From Acidimicrobiales bacterium (GTDB taxonomy: Bacteria; Actinomycetota; Acidimicrobiia; Acidimicrobiales; SHLQ01), in assembly GCA_013002375.1 (NCBI GenBank), contig JABDJW010000252.1:1-32164 (forward strand): 32,164 bases of DNA, read 5' to 3'. Under the pieces are notes generated by a model. That model ran no database searches and was not told the DNA's origin. It saw only the letters and a list, made by a program, of their open reading frames with translations. The translations under genes were made by a program, and so were the position numbers. The number at the start of each line of letters is the position of its first letter. Position 1 is the first letter of the stretch. Positions 1 to 8,037 of this stretch are shown here, in pieces.

Positions 1-1
1 G

Positions 2-346
2 GTGCGGGTGGTTACGGCCTACCGAGCGCCGGCGGTCGCGACCGATAGCGCCGGCGCCTATTTTCGGGCGTTCGAAAAGGCAGAGGCGACCGCCCGCCGG
101 CGGGTGGCCGACGCCATCGACCGAAGCGGTGGTGGGCTGGTGGTCGATCACGTGGTCGCGCTGGGGCCGATCGACAAGATCTTGCTCGAGCACAGTGCGG
201 ACGCCGCCATGATCGTGGTTGGCGTCCGGCCCAACGACAGCTGGATCGATCGCCTACGCCCGTCGTTGACCAGTCGCTTGGTCGAACGGGCGCGAGTACC
301 GGTCGTCGCGGCCCCACCCCGCATGGCCCCGGCCCACGCCGCTTGA
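2..346 (+). CDS. Universal stress protein (USP domain), 5'-truncated by window edge
   Basis: C-terminal USP pattern GPIDKILLEHSADAAMIVVG...SLTSRLVERARVPVVAAP; stop at 344-346. Confidence 0.8.
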   Translation: MRVVTAYRAPAVATDSAGAYFRAFEKAEATARRRVADAIDRSGGGLVVDHVVALGPIDKILLEHSADAAMIVVGVRPNDSWIDRLRPSLTSRLVERARVPVVAAPPRMAPAHAA

Positions 347-363
347 GTCGCACTTTCCCGAAA

Positions 364-404
364 TTCTTGTGGGGGACCACCCTGACGGTGGTTTTCCGCA
401 AGAA
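364..404 (+). terminator. 18-bp stem-loop between convergent genes (terminator or REP-like hairpin)
   Basis: TTCTTGTGGGGGACCACC (364-381) pairs fully with GGTGGTTTTCCGCAAGAA (387-404) using four G-U pairs on the + strand; loop CTGAC. Confidence 0.65.
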
Positions 405-415
405 GAACGATCGAG

Positions 416-1288
416 CTACATGTCACCCATGCGGTCGACGAGCTGGTGGAGCAGCGTGTTGAACTGGGCTGGGTCCATGTCGTGGTTCCAGCCGTGGCCG
501 CAGAACAGGCGCCGGAAACGGTAGTCGCTGTCGGCGAAGCGGCCGAGCGAGGCGGTCTGCTCGGGCCACGAGTACCAACAGGCGTTGCGGAACGCACGGA
601 GCTGCTCCCGTCGCGGGTTCCAGGAGAGTGAATCGCCCGAGAACAACAACCCGTCGTCGACGAGGAAAAGCACGCTGCCCTCGGTGTGGCCGGGCACCGG
701 GAACCCGATGACGCCGTCGATGAGCTCGGCCGGCTCGGTGCCTTCGATCAGGTTGGTGGCGTACGGGGCCGCGTCGCGGTCGGTGGTGTGGATCCAGACC
801 TTGGCTCCGAAGCGCTCGGCATAGCGCTCGGCGTCGGCCACGTCGTCGCGGTGGCTGAGCAGGATGTGCGCGATGCCGCCGAGCTCGGCTACCGGCTCGT
901 AGACCTCGCGAGTCCAGCGGGGCGAGTCGATCATCAGGTTCCCGCCCGGCCGGCGCACCAGGTACGAGTGCGCGCCGAACGAGTCGCGGCTGTTGTGGCC
1001 CAGCCGGTAGACGCCGTCGCCGAGATCCTGGGGGAACACCGGTGTCTCGGGCCGCTTGAGCGTGACGTGGCCGACCGACCGGGTCGGGCACACCATCACC
1101 GCCCGCCACGCCATCTCGATCTCGTCGGGGGTCTCGGGCTGATGCACGAACAGCGAGACCCCGTCGTCGGGGTTGCGCTCGATCAGCCCCGGCGCCACCT
1201 GCCGCGCTGCATCGCAGTCGATGCACCGGCGATCGACGTACCAATCACCCGGTGCCCCGCCCGGGTGCCGCTCATCAGGCCTCGCCAT
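416..1288 (-). CDS. Metallo-beta-lactamase-fold hydrolase with N-terminal ferredoxin-like domain
   Basis: N-terminal CIDCDAAR...VCPT ferredoxin-like segment; MBL motifs LSHRDDVAD, PGHTEGS, FSGD and CGHG; TAAACT -10 lies 6 nt upstream of the ATG. Confidence 0.88.
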   Translation of the reverse strand: MARPDERHPGGAPGDWYVDRRCIDCDAARQVAPGLIERNPDDGVSLFVHQPETPDEIEMAWRAVMVCPTRSVGHVTLKRPETPVFPQDLGDGVYRLGHNSRDSFGAHSYLVRRPGGNLMIDSPRWTREVYEPVAELGGIAHILLSHRDDVADAERYAERFGAKVWIHTTDRDAAPYATNLIEGTEPAELIDGVIGFPVPGHTEGSVLFLVDDGLLFSGDSLSWNPRREQLRAFRNACWYSWPEQTASLGRFADSDYRFRRLFCGHGWNHDMDPAQFNTLLHQLVDRMGDM

Positions 1289-1396
1289 GGGTGGAGTTTA
1301 GTTGGCTCGTCGGGCTCCCAACCCGAGGCTCGGGGATTCGGCGTGATGCCTCAATTCGACACGTTTGGGATGAGCTGCTCGATAGATTGACCGGCC

Positions 1397-2365
1397 ATGA
1401 GTGCGGTTGTGGCCGAGGGCCTGAAGAAGCATTATGGCGACACCAGGGCCCTGGACGGGCTCGACATGGAGGTCGCCCAAGGAACGGTCTACGGGCTGCT
1501 CGGGCCCAACGGGGCCGGCAAGACCACGGCGGTCAAGGTGATGACCACGCTCGTCAAGCCAACCGATGGTCGGGCGTGGATCGACGGTATCGACGTGGCC
1601 GAGAACCCGCGGGTGGTGCGCACCCGCATCGGTCTCACCGGCCAGTACGCCGCCGTCGAGGAGCGGCTGACCGGACGTGAGAATCTCGAGCTGATCGGCC
1701 GGTACTTTCATCATGCCGGCACCGAACGGTCGGCTCGCGCCATTGAGCTGCTCGCCATGTTCGATCTGACCGAGGCCGGCGACCGAGTGGCGAACACGTA
1801 CAGCGGCGGCATGCGAAGGCGGCTCGACATCGCCATGAGCCTGGTGGCCCGCCCGTCGGTGCTCTTCCTCGACGAACCCACGACCGGGCTCGATCCCCGC
1901 AGCCGCCTGGCCATGTGGGATTTCATCGAACGGTTGGGCGACGAGGGCACTACCGTGTTGCTGACCACCCAATACCTCGAAGAGGCCGATTACCTCGCCG
2001 AGCAGATCATGGTGATCGACCGAGGCCGCAAGATCGCCGAGGGGACGTCCGACCAGCTGAAGGATCAGATCGGCGGCGACAAGGTTCGGGTCACGATCGT
2101 GAAGCCCGAGAACATCCAACGGGCCAAGGAAGCCATCGCTCCACTGTGCGTGGGTACGGTCGAGCAGGATCCCCAATCCGCGCTCACCCTCACCGCGCCG
2201 ATCAATGCGGGTGGGGGAGTGGTGCCGGGCATCATTCGGGCGCTCGACGACGCCGGTGTCGACGTGGTCGATGTCGAGGTGCGTCGACCGACCCTCGACG
2301 ATGTGTTCCTCGTGCTCACCGGTCACGCCGCCGAAGCGGCCGGCGGCGACGGCGAGGACGGCTGA
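1397..2365 (+). CDS. DrrA-type ABC transporter ATP-binding protein
   Basis: Walker A GPNGAGKT, signature YSGGMRRRLD, Walker B LFLDEPT, LTTQYLEEAD and C-terminal PTLDDVFL, typical of the DrrA family. Confidence 0.95.
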   Translation: MSAVVAEGLKKHYGDTRALDGLDMEVAQGTVYGLLGPNGAGKTTAVKVMTTLVKPTDGRAWIDGIDVAENPRVVRTRIGLTGQYAAVEERLTGRENLELIGRYFHHAGTERSARAIELLAMFDLTEAGDRVANTYSGGMRRRLDIAMSLVARPSVLFLDEPTTGLDPRSRLAMWDFIERLGDEGTTVLLTTQYLEEADYLAEQIMVIDRGRKIAEGTSDQLKDQIGGDKVRVTIVKPENIQRAKEAIAPLCVGTVEQDPQSALTLTAPINAGGGVVPGIIRALDDAGVDVVDVEVRRPTLDDVFLVLTGHAAEAAGGDGEDG

Positions 2366-3177
2366 TGGCCATTGCGAGGAGCACGGCCGCGATCGGCGAC
2401 GACGTCATCGGTCTGCGCAACGTCATCACCGATTCCATGACCGAGGCGGGCCGGCACCTGCGGATCCTGCCCCGAAACGTGGAGCTGCTGATCTTCGCCA
2501 CGATCCAACCGGTCATGTTCGTGCTGCTCTTCAGCTACATCTTCGGCGGGTCGATCCAGATCCCCGGCTACGACGACTACGACCAGTATCTGATGCCGGG
2601 CATCTTCGCCCAGTCCGTCGTCTTCGGGTCGGCCTTCACCAGCATCGGGATCGCCGAGGACCTGAGCAAGGGGCTCATCGATCGGCTGCGGTCGCTGCCG
2701 ATCGCGCAATCGTCGGTGCTGATCGGCCGCACGATCTCGGATCTGCTGCGGAACATCATCACCTTCGTGATCATGCTCGTCGTCGCATTCCTCATCGGTT
2801 TCCGATTCGAAGGATCACTCTGGGCCGCGCTGCTGGCAACGCTGCTCCTGCTCTTCTTCAGCTACGGGCTGAGTTGGGTGCAGGCGCTGATCGGTCTCAG
2901 CGTCAGCTCGGTCGAGGCGGCGAACTCGGCCGGATTCATCTGGATGTTCCCCATGACCTTCGTGTCGTCGGCCTTCATCGACACCTCGACCCTGCCGGGA
3001 TGGTTGCAGGAAGTCGCCGACGCCAACCCCTTCACCCATCTCACCAACGCGGCGCGAGCGCTCTACAACGGGAACCCGGTCGGCAACAGCGTGTGGTTGT
3101 CGCTCGCCTGGTCGGTCGGCCTCGTGGCCGTCTTCGCCACGCTGTCCATCCGCAAGTTCAACGAGACCAGTTCCTGA
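2365..3177 (+). CDS. DrrB-type ABC-2 transporter permease
   Basis: ATG at 2365 overlaps the drrA-type stop (TGATG); QPVMFVLLFSYIFGG, DRLRSLPI and NPFT motifs; about six hydrophobic segments. Confidence 0.93.
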   Translation: MAIARSTAAIGDDVIGLRNVITDSMTEAGRHLRILPRNVELLIFATIQPVMFVLLFSYIFGGSIQIPGYDDYDQYLMPGIFAQSVVFGSAFTSIGIAEDLSKGLIDRLRSLPIAQSSVLIGRTISDLLRNIITFVIMLVVAFLIGFRFEGSLWAALLATLLLLFFSYGLSWVQALIGLSVSSVEAANSAGFIWMFPMTFVSSAFIDTSTLPGWLQEVADANPFTHLTNAARALYNGNPVGNSVWLSLAWSVGLVAVFATLSIRKFNETSS

Positions 3178-3192
3178 CCCTAGGCCGTTCGA

Positions 3193-3218
3193 CTCATATC
3201 CCGATCCGATCGGCCGAC
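3193..3218 (+). promoter_or_regulatory. Putative FliA/WhiG (sigma-28)-type promoter
   Basis: CTCA (3193-3196)-N16-GCCGAC (3213-3218), 9 nt before the ATG at 3228. Confidence 0.45.
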
Positions 3219-3227
3219 TGGAATCCC

Positions 3228-3614
3228 ATGTCGGGACTCAAAGAATCTGCCGCGGTGCCTGATCACGGAAAAGCCGGTGAGGCGGGCGAAGGCTCGAGCG
3301 CCGAATCGATCATGGAAGCGCTCTATGCGCAGGCCGCGGCCGATGACCATATTCGCCTCGATCTGATCGAGAAGGCCAGAACGCTGGAGCACCACCACCC
3401 CGGTGCCCGCGACGAGTCGGCCCCGGTTCGTGCCACCGACTGGTCGACGCGCCTGTTGGCCGTCGCCCAGATCGTGATGATCTTCGTGCTGGCCGGTCTG
3501 GTTCTGTTCGGTTCCCGGTTGGGCGACATGGGCGCAGCGCTCACCGTGGGTGGGCTCTCGATCGCCCTCGGATTGGCCTTCCACAGTGGCCGACGCCTTC
3601 TGACGCCGTCCTAA
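3228..3614 (+). CDS. Hypothetical membrane protein (128 aa, two C-terminal TM segments)
   Basis: Fills the gap between the permease and the acyl-CoA dehydrogenase; MSGLKESAAV... with hydrophobic LLAVAQIVMIFVLAGLVLFG and ALTVGGLSIALGLAF. Confidence 0.65.
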   Translation: MSGLKESAAVPDHGKAGEAGEGSSAESIMEALYAQAAADDHIRLDLIEKARTLEHHHPGARDESAPVRATDWSTRLLAVAQIVMIFVLAGLVLFGSRLGDMGAALTVGGLSIALGLAFHSGRRLLTPS

Positions 3615-3693
3615 CAGAATTTGGCGAGGAAAATGTTCGCCTCCCGCATCGCAGGCTCGCCAGATCCGGACAAGGAGCTGCTACAACGAACAC

Positions 3694-4914
3694 ATGGACC
3701 CGACCTATTCCGAAGAAGCCGAAGCGTTCCGTCAGAAGATCCAGGCGTTCCTGGCCGAGAAGCTGCCGGCGAACTGGGCTGGCGTCGGCGCGCTGAGCGA
3801 AGAGGAATATCACGAGTTCGTGGCCAAGTGGCGGCCGGTGCTGGCCGAACACCGCTTCCTGGCCCCGGCCTGGCCGGCCGAGTACGGCGGGGGAGGGCTC
3901 AGCGAGCTCGAGCAAGTGATCCTGGCCGAGGAGTTCCAGGCCGCCGGCGTGCCCATGGGTGGCTCCAACGACACGTTCAGCATCCAGATGGTCGGCAATA
4001 CGATCCTGCACTGGGGCACCGACGAGCAGAAGGCCCACTTCCTCCCCCGGATCATCTCCGGCGAAGACGTGTGGTGCCAGGGCTACAGCGAGCCCGACGC
4101 CGGCAGCGACCTGGCCGGCTTGGGCTGCAAGGCGATGCTCGACGGTGACGAGTGGGTGATCAACGGCCAGAAGATCTGGACGTCGGCCGGCCAGTACGCG
4201 AACTGGATCTTCGTCCTGTGTCGCACCGATCCCGACGCCCCGAAGCACCGTGGCATCAGCTTCTTGTTGTGTCCGATGGATCAACCCGGCATCGAGGTCC
4301 GCCCGATCGAAATGCTCTCGGGTACCGCCGAGTTCAACGAGACCTTCTTCGACAACGCCCGCACGCCGAAGGAGAACGTCGTCGGCGAGGTCAACGGCGG
4401 CTGGGCGGTGGCCATGACCTTGCTCGGCTATGAGCGGGGTGAGAACGCAGCCACGATGCCGATCATGTTCCGAGGGGAAGTCGACAAGCTGATGGCCCTG
4501 GCCAAAGACCGCGGTCGCACCGACGATCCCGTTGTTCGCCAGCGCTTGGCCCAGGCCCACATCGATGTCGAGGTCATGCGGTTTCTCGGGCTCCGCAGCC
4601 TCACCGGCTTCCTGGCCGGCCGGCAGCCGGGCCCGGGCGAATCGTCGTTCAAGCTCTACTGGAGCGAGTACCACAAGAAGATCACCGAACTCGCGGTCGA
4701 CGTGCTGGGCGCCGATGCCATGGTGCCCGGCGATCGCGTGCCGTGGACGTCGTTCCACGCCGACCTCCCCGGGGCGCCCAACGACGCCGCGTCGTGGGTC
4801 GGCATCTTCTACAACGCGCGGGCCGGCACGATCTACGCCGGAACCTCCCAGGTGCAGCGCAACATCATCGGCGAGATGGTGCTCGGGCTGCCCAAGGAAC
4901 CCAAGCCCACCTGA
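3694..4914 (+). CDS. Acyl-CoA dehydrogenase (FadE family)
   Basis: WCQGYSEPDAGSDLA, INGQKIWTS, FNETFFD and IYAGTSQVQRNII motifs. Confidence 0.95.
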   Translation: MDPTYSEEAEAFRQKIQAFLAEKLPANWAGVGALSEEEYHEFVAKWRPVLAEHRFLAPAWPAEYGGGGLSELEQVILAEEFQAAGVPMGGSNDTFSIQMVGNTILHWGTDEQKAHFLPRIISGEDVWCQGYSEPDAGSDLAGLGCKAMLDGDEWVINGQKIWTSAGQYANWIFVLCRTDPDAPKHRGISFLLCPMDQPGIEVRPIEMLSGTAEFNETFFDNARTPKENVVGEVNGGWAVAMTLLGYERGENAATMPIMFRGEVDKLMALAKDRGRTDDPVVRQRLAQAHIDVEVMRFLGLRSLTGFLAGRQPGPGESSFKLYWSEYHKKITELAVDVLGADAMVPGDRVPWTSFHADLPGAPNDAASWVGIFYNARAGTIYAGTSQVQRNIIGEMVLGLPKEPKPT

Positions 4915-4982
4915 CCCACCAAGCGGCGGGCGACGACTTGTGACTACGGTCGGGTCATGGAGTTGCCCGGTCCCATCCCGAC

Positions 4983-5915
4983 ATGCTGACCCCGCGCCAA
5001 CGGTCGTATGCCCTGCACGGGGTCTGCGCCGCACTCACCCTCGGCTCGAATCCGCTCGACCGCCACCTCCAGGCGCGCGGTGCGGGGCCGGGGTCGTCGC
5101 TGCTGGTCAACACCACCGGTTGGTACGCGCTGCTGTTCGGGCTCGAACGGCTGAAGCCGGCCGATGCGGGGTGGAACCCGGATGGCGCCGAGGCCCGCAC
5201 CGACGGTGCGTTCTTCGTCACCACCGCCGTGGCCGCCCTCGGCGGGCAGGCCCTCGGCGCCAAGATCCTCCAATGGCTTCGGCCCGATCTCGTGCGACAC
5301 GGCGGTGCGATCGGCAGACTCGGCGTCGTCGGAGGGGTCGTCGTCAGTGTGCTCACCTCCGACTTCGTCCACTACTCGCTGCACCGCCTGAGCCACCAGT
5401 GGGGGCCGGCCTGGCGGGTGCATTCGGTGCACCACAGCCCCGAGGGTTTGCACATCCTCAACGCCAGCCGCTTTCATCCCATCGATGCCGCGGTCGAAGG
5501 CGTGCTCGAGGGTATCGCCCTCGGTCTGTTCGGATTCTCCGAGCGCCAGCACCTGGCGCACCTCACCATGCGCTCGACCTATGGCCAGCTCCAGCACTGC
5601 AACATCGAACTCGACAGCGGGCCGATCGACTTCGTCATGGCCACCCCCGACCTGCACCGCTGGCATCATTCGGAGGTCTATGCCGAAGGCGACAACAACT
5701 ATGGGGCCATCGTGTCGGTGTGGGATCGCCTCTTCGGCACGTTCTTCCGGCCCGAGCGTCCGCTCGATTCACCGCTCGGTGTGGGTCGCATGCCGTCCTT
5801 CCCCCAGCGGTTCAAGAACCTGTTGGCGGTACCGTTTCGATGGGGGGCGATCAAGGAACGCAACGCCGAGACGTGGTACGCGCCCGACAACCCGATCCTG
5901 GAATCTCGATCATGA
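4983..5915 (+). CDS. Sterol desaturase / fatty acid hydroxylase superfamily di-iron enzyme
   Basis: His boxes HRLSH, HSVHH, HCN and HRWHH, plus NYG...WDRLFGT. Confidence 0.9.
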   Translation: MLTPRQRSYALHGVCAALTLGSNPLDRHLQARGAGPGSSLLVNTTGWYALLFGLERLKPADAGWNPDGAEARTDGAFFVTTAVAALGGQALGAKILQWLRPDLVRHGGAIGRLGVVGGVVVSVLTSDFVHYSLHRLSHQWGPAWRVHSVHHSPEGLHILNASRFHPIDAAVEGVLEGIALGLFGFSERQHLAHLTMRSTYGQLQHCNIELDSGPIDFVMATPDLHRWHHSEVYAEGDNNYGAIVSVWDRLFGTFFRPERPLDSPLGVGRMPSFPQRFKNLLAVPFRWGAIKERNAETWYAPDNPILESRS

Positions 5916-6700
5916 CCGATGCATCGGGTCGTTACGCGACGGCCGAAGAGGAGGTCGACATCGAGCGGGTCCGGCTCGACATGTTGGCGGCGGTTCGCGA
6001 CCCGTCGACCTTCGAGGTACTCGACCGAGTCGGGATCGGGCCAGGGATGCGCGTGCTCGAAGTCGGGGCGGGTGCGGGCACGGTGAGCGCGTGGATGGCA
6101 GATCGCGTCGGCGGCCCCGGCCAGGTGCTCTCCACCGACATCGATCTGCAGTTTCACGCCGAGATGCCGTCCAACGTCGAGGTGCGCCGGCACGACATCG
6201 AGCGCGATCCGCTTCCCGACTCGACCTTCGACATCGTGCACGCCCGAGCCGTGTTGCAGCACGTGCCCGAGCGCGAGGCGGTCATCCCCAAGCTGATCGC
6301 GTCGCTCAAACCGGGTGGCTGGTTGGTGCTCGAAGACGGGCAGTTCACGGGATTCGGCGCGCAGGGGCTCGCCGAGCCGTACCGGTCGATCCACCAGATC
6401 ATGGCGGCCGGCAGCCAACAGGACTGGCGCGATCCGGACTTCGGCCTCCAGCTCCTCGACCGGATGCGAGGGCATGGGCTGGTCGACCTCGATGTGACGG
6501 GCGACGTGTGGGCGATGCGAGCGGGCGAGCCCTCGGGTGAGTGGTGGTTCCTCGCGCTGGAGCGGGCGATACCCCGCTTGGTCGCGGCTGGCATCACGAC
6601 CGAGGCCGACGCCGCTGCCGCGCTCGACCAGGTTCGGGCGCCTGGTTTCGTCATGATCAGCCCGGTGTCGATGGCCACGGTGGGGCGAAAGCCCGCGTAG
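5912..6700 (+). CDS. Class I SAM-dependent methyltransferase
   Basis: ATGA overlap with the desaturase stop; VLEVGAGAG motif I, FDIVHARAVLQH and LKPGGWLVLED. Confidence 0.92.
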   Translation: MTDASGRYATAEEEVDIERVRLDMLAAVRDPSTFEVLDRVGIGPGMRVLEVGAGAGTVSAWMADRVGGPGQVLSTDIDLQFHAEMPSNVEVRRHDIERDPLPDSTFDIVHARAVLQHVPEREAVIPKLIASLKPGGWLVLEDGQFTGFGAQGLAEPYRSIHQIMAAGSQQDWRDPDFGLQLLDRMRGHGLVDLDVTGDVWAMRAGEPSGEWWFLALERAIPRLVAAGITTEADAAAALDQVRAPGFVMISPVSMATVGRKPA

Positions 6701-6742
6701 CGCTTCTCGCGCCGCGGGCCGACCCGATACGCTCGGGCGCTC

Positions 6743-7315
6743 ATGGCCGATCAAGCGACCTTTGCCGAACAGGCGATGCCCCTCATGGACTCGCTGTATT
6801 CGGGTGCGTTGCGCATGACCCGCAACCCGGCCGACGCCGAGGATCTCGTGCAGGAGACCTACCTCAAGGCGTATCGAGCCTTCGACAGCTTCGAGGACGG
6901 CACCAACCTCAAGGCGTGGCTGTACCGAATCCTGACCAACACGTACATCAACACGTACCGCAAGAAGCAGCGGCGCCCGCAAGAGACCGATTTCGAAGAC
7001 GTCGAGGATCTGTACCTCTACCGCCGGCTCGGGGGCGGTGAGCTGGCCAGCCGGTCGCGGAGTGCCGAAGACGTCCTGATGGACGGCTTCACCGAGTTCG
7101 AGGTCAAGGAAGCGCTCGAGAGCCTGCCGGAGAACTTCCGGATGCCGGTACTGATGGCCGATGTCGAGAACTTCTCGTACAAGGAGATTGCCGACATCCT
7201 CGATGTGCCGATCGGAACGGTGATGAGCCGTCTCCATCGGGGAAGAAAAGCGTTGCAGAAGGCGTTGTATGAATTCGCACGCGACCGCCGACTTCTGCCC
7301 GAGAGCCAATCATGA
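6743..7315 (+). CDS. sigH: ECF sigma factor, SigR/SigH (thiol-stress) type
   Basis: [41 protein letters not shown] and [23 protein letters not shown]; followed by a ZAS anti-sigma. Confidence 0.93.
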   Translation: MADQATFAEQAMPLMDSLYSGALRMTRNPADAEDLVQETYLKAYRAFDSFEDGTNLKAWLYRILTNTYINTYRKKQRRPQETDFEDVEDLYLYRRLGGGELASRSRSAEDVLMDGFTEFEVKEALESLPENFRMPVLMADVENFSYKEIADILDVPIGTVMSRLHRGRKALQKALYEFARDRRLLPESQS

Positions 7316-7584
7316 CCGAACAAAGTCCTGATCCCCGTGCCGCCGAGCCACTGTGCGGCGACGACCCGTGTTCCGATGCGCTGGGTCGGTTGTACAACTA
7401 TCTCGACCAGACGCTGACCGACGACGTGCGGACCCAGATCCGTGGGCACCTCGACGATTGTGGAAGCTGCCTCGACGCGTTCGATTTCGAAGCCGAACTG
7501 CGCATCGTCGTCGCCCGGAAGTGCCAGGACTCCGTGCCGGAGTCACTGCGCGAACGCATCGCTCGCGAACTCGGCATCGAATAG
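7312..7584 (+). CDS. rsrA: Zinc-binding anti-sigma factor RsrA/RshA
   Basis: ATGA overlap with the sigma gene; N-terminal Cys plus ZAS motif HLDDCGSC (HxxxCxxC); C-terminal [14 protein letters not shown]. Confidence 0.9.
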   Translation: MTEQSPDPRAAEPLCGDDPCSDALGRLYNYLDQTLTDDVRTQIRGHLDDCGSCLDAFDFEAELRIVVARKCQDSVPESLRERIARELGIE

Positions 7585-7594
7585 GCGCCCCGCG

Positions 7595-7747
7595 TCAGTC
7601 GAGGATCTTGCCCCGCATGCGTGGCACGACCATCGGTGCGTGCAGGGCGCAGTAGTCCATGTCGTTGTATCGGCTCAGGACGGCGCCGCATCCCGGCTCC
7701 TCGCAACAGCGCTGCGAGCCCCAAGTCACGTGGTCAGCATCACTCAT
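7595..7747 (-). CDS. 50-aa Cys/His-rich hypothetical microprotein (putative Zn-binding)
   Basis: MSDADHVTWGSQRCCEEPGCGAVLSRYNDMDYCALHAPMVVPRMRGKILD; C-x4-C-x12-C-x2-H pattern; SigR-type promoter 8 nt upstream of the ATG. Confidence 0.7.
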   Translation of the reverse strand: MSDADHVTWGSQRCCEEPGCGAVLSRYNDMDYCALHAPMVVPRMRGKILD

Positions 7748-7755
7748 GACTGAGC

Positions 7756-7782
7756 AACCCCGACCGGCCCGCCATTCATTCC
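7756..7782 (-). promoter_or_regulatory. SigR/SigH-type promoter for the microprotein
   Basis: Minus strand GGAAT (7782-7778)-N19-GTT (7758-7756), then 8 nt to the ATG; fits the GGAAY-N18/19-GTT consensus. Confidence 0.6.
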
Positions 7783-7787
7783 CCTCC

Positions 7788-7876
7788 GGGGTCAGACCCC
7801 CATCCCAAGGAGTCTGACCCCAATCCGGCAAATGGGGTCTGACCCCATTTGCGAAAATGGGGTCAGACCCCATTTT
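7788..7876. repeat. Cluster of four GGGGTC(A/T)GACCCC-type palindromes (REP-like)
   Basis: GGGGTCAGACCCC 7788-7800; GGAGTCTGACCCC 7809-7821; GCAAATGGGGTC-T-GACCCCATTTGC 7828-7852; AAAATGGGGTC-A-GACCCCATTTT 7854-7876. Confidence 0.9.
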
Positions 7877-8037
7877 GACGGAGCGCGCGAATGTGCTGGT
7901 CAGCGAGGTGCCGGACTCGCGCGGAGGGTGGTTGCGGGGGAAGGAACGCGCCGACGGGTGGAGCGCGACGGGTGGCGAGGACTACGGTGCGCGCGAAGAC
8001 CGGACCGATCGGGGCCGGGCACCACAGGGGGAGCACC

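Noticed and set aside
1397-3177. DrrAB-type exporter as a marker of an antibiotic biosynthetic cluster
   Set aside because: No PKS, NRPS or RiPP genes nearby; such exporters are widespread in actinobacteria.
3615-3693. Structured leader or riboswitch before the acyl-CoA dehydrogenase (TGGCGAG...CTCGCCA pairing)
   Set aside because: Short pairing in GC-rich DNA with no recognisable aptamer or operator consensus.
4532-6700. 722-aa ORF as a large fusion protein
   Set aside because: Only 5912-6700 (the methyltransferase) is protein-like; the rest overlaps real genes in other frames.
7788-7876. Palindrome cluster as a CRISPR array
   Set aside because: Spacers are only 1-8 nt, the units are irregular, and there are no cas genes.
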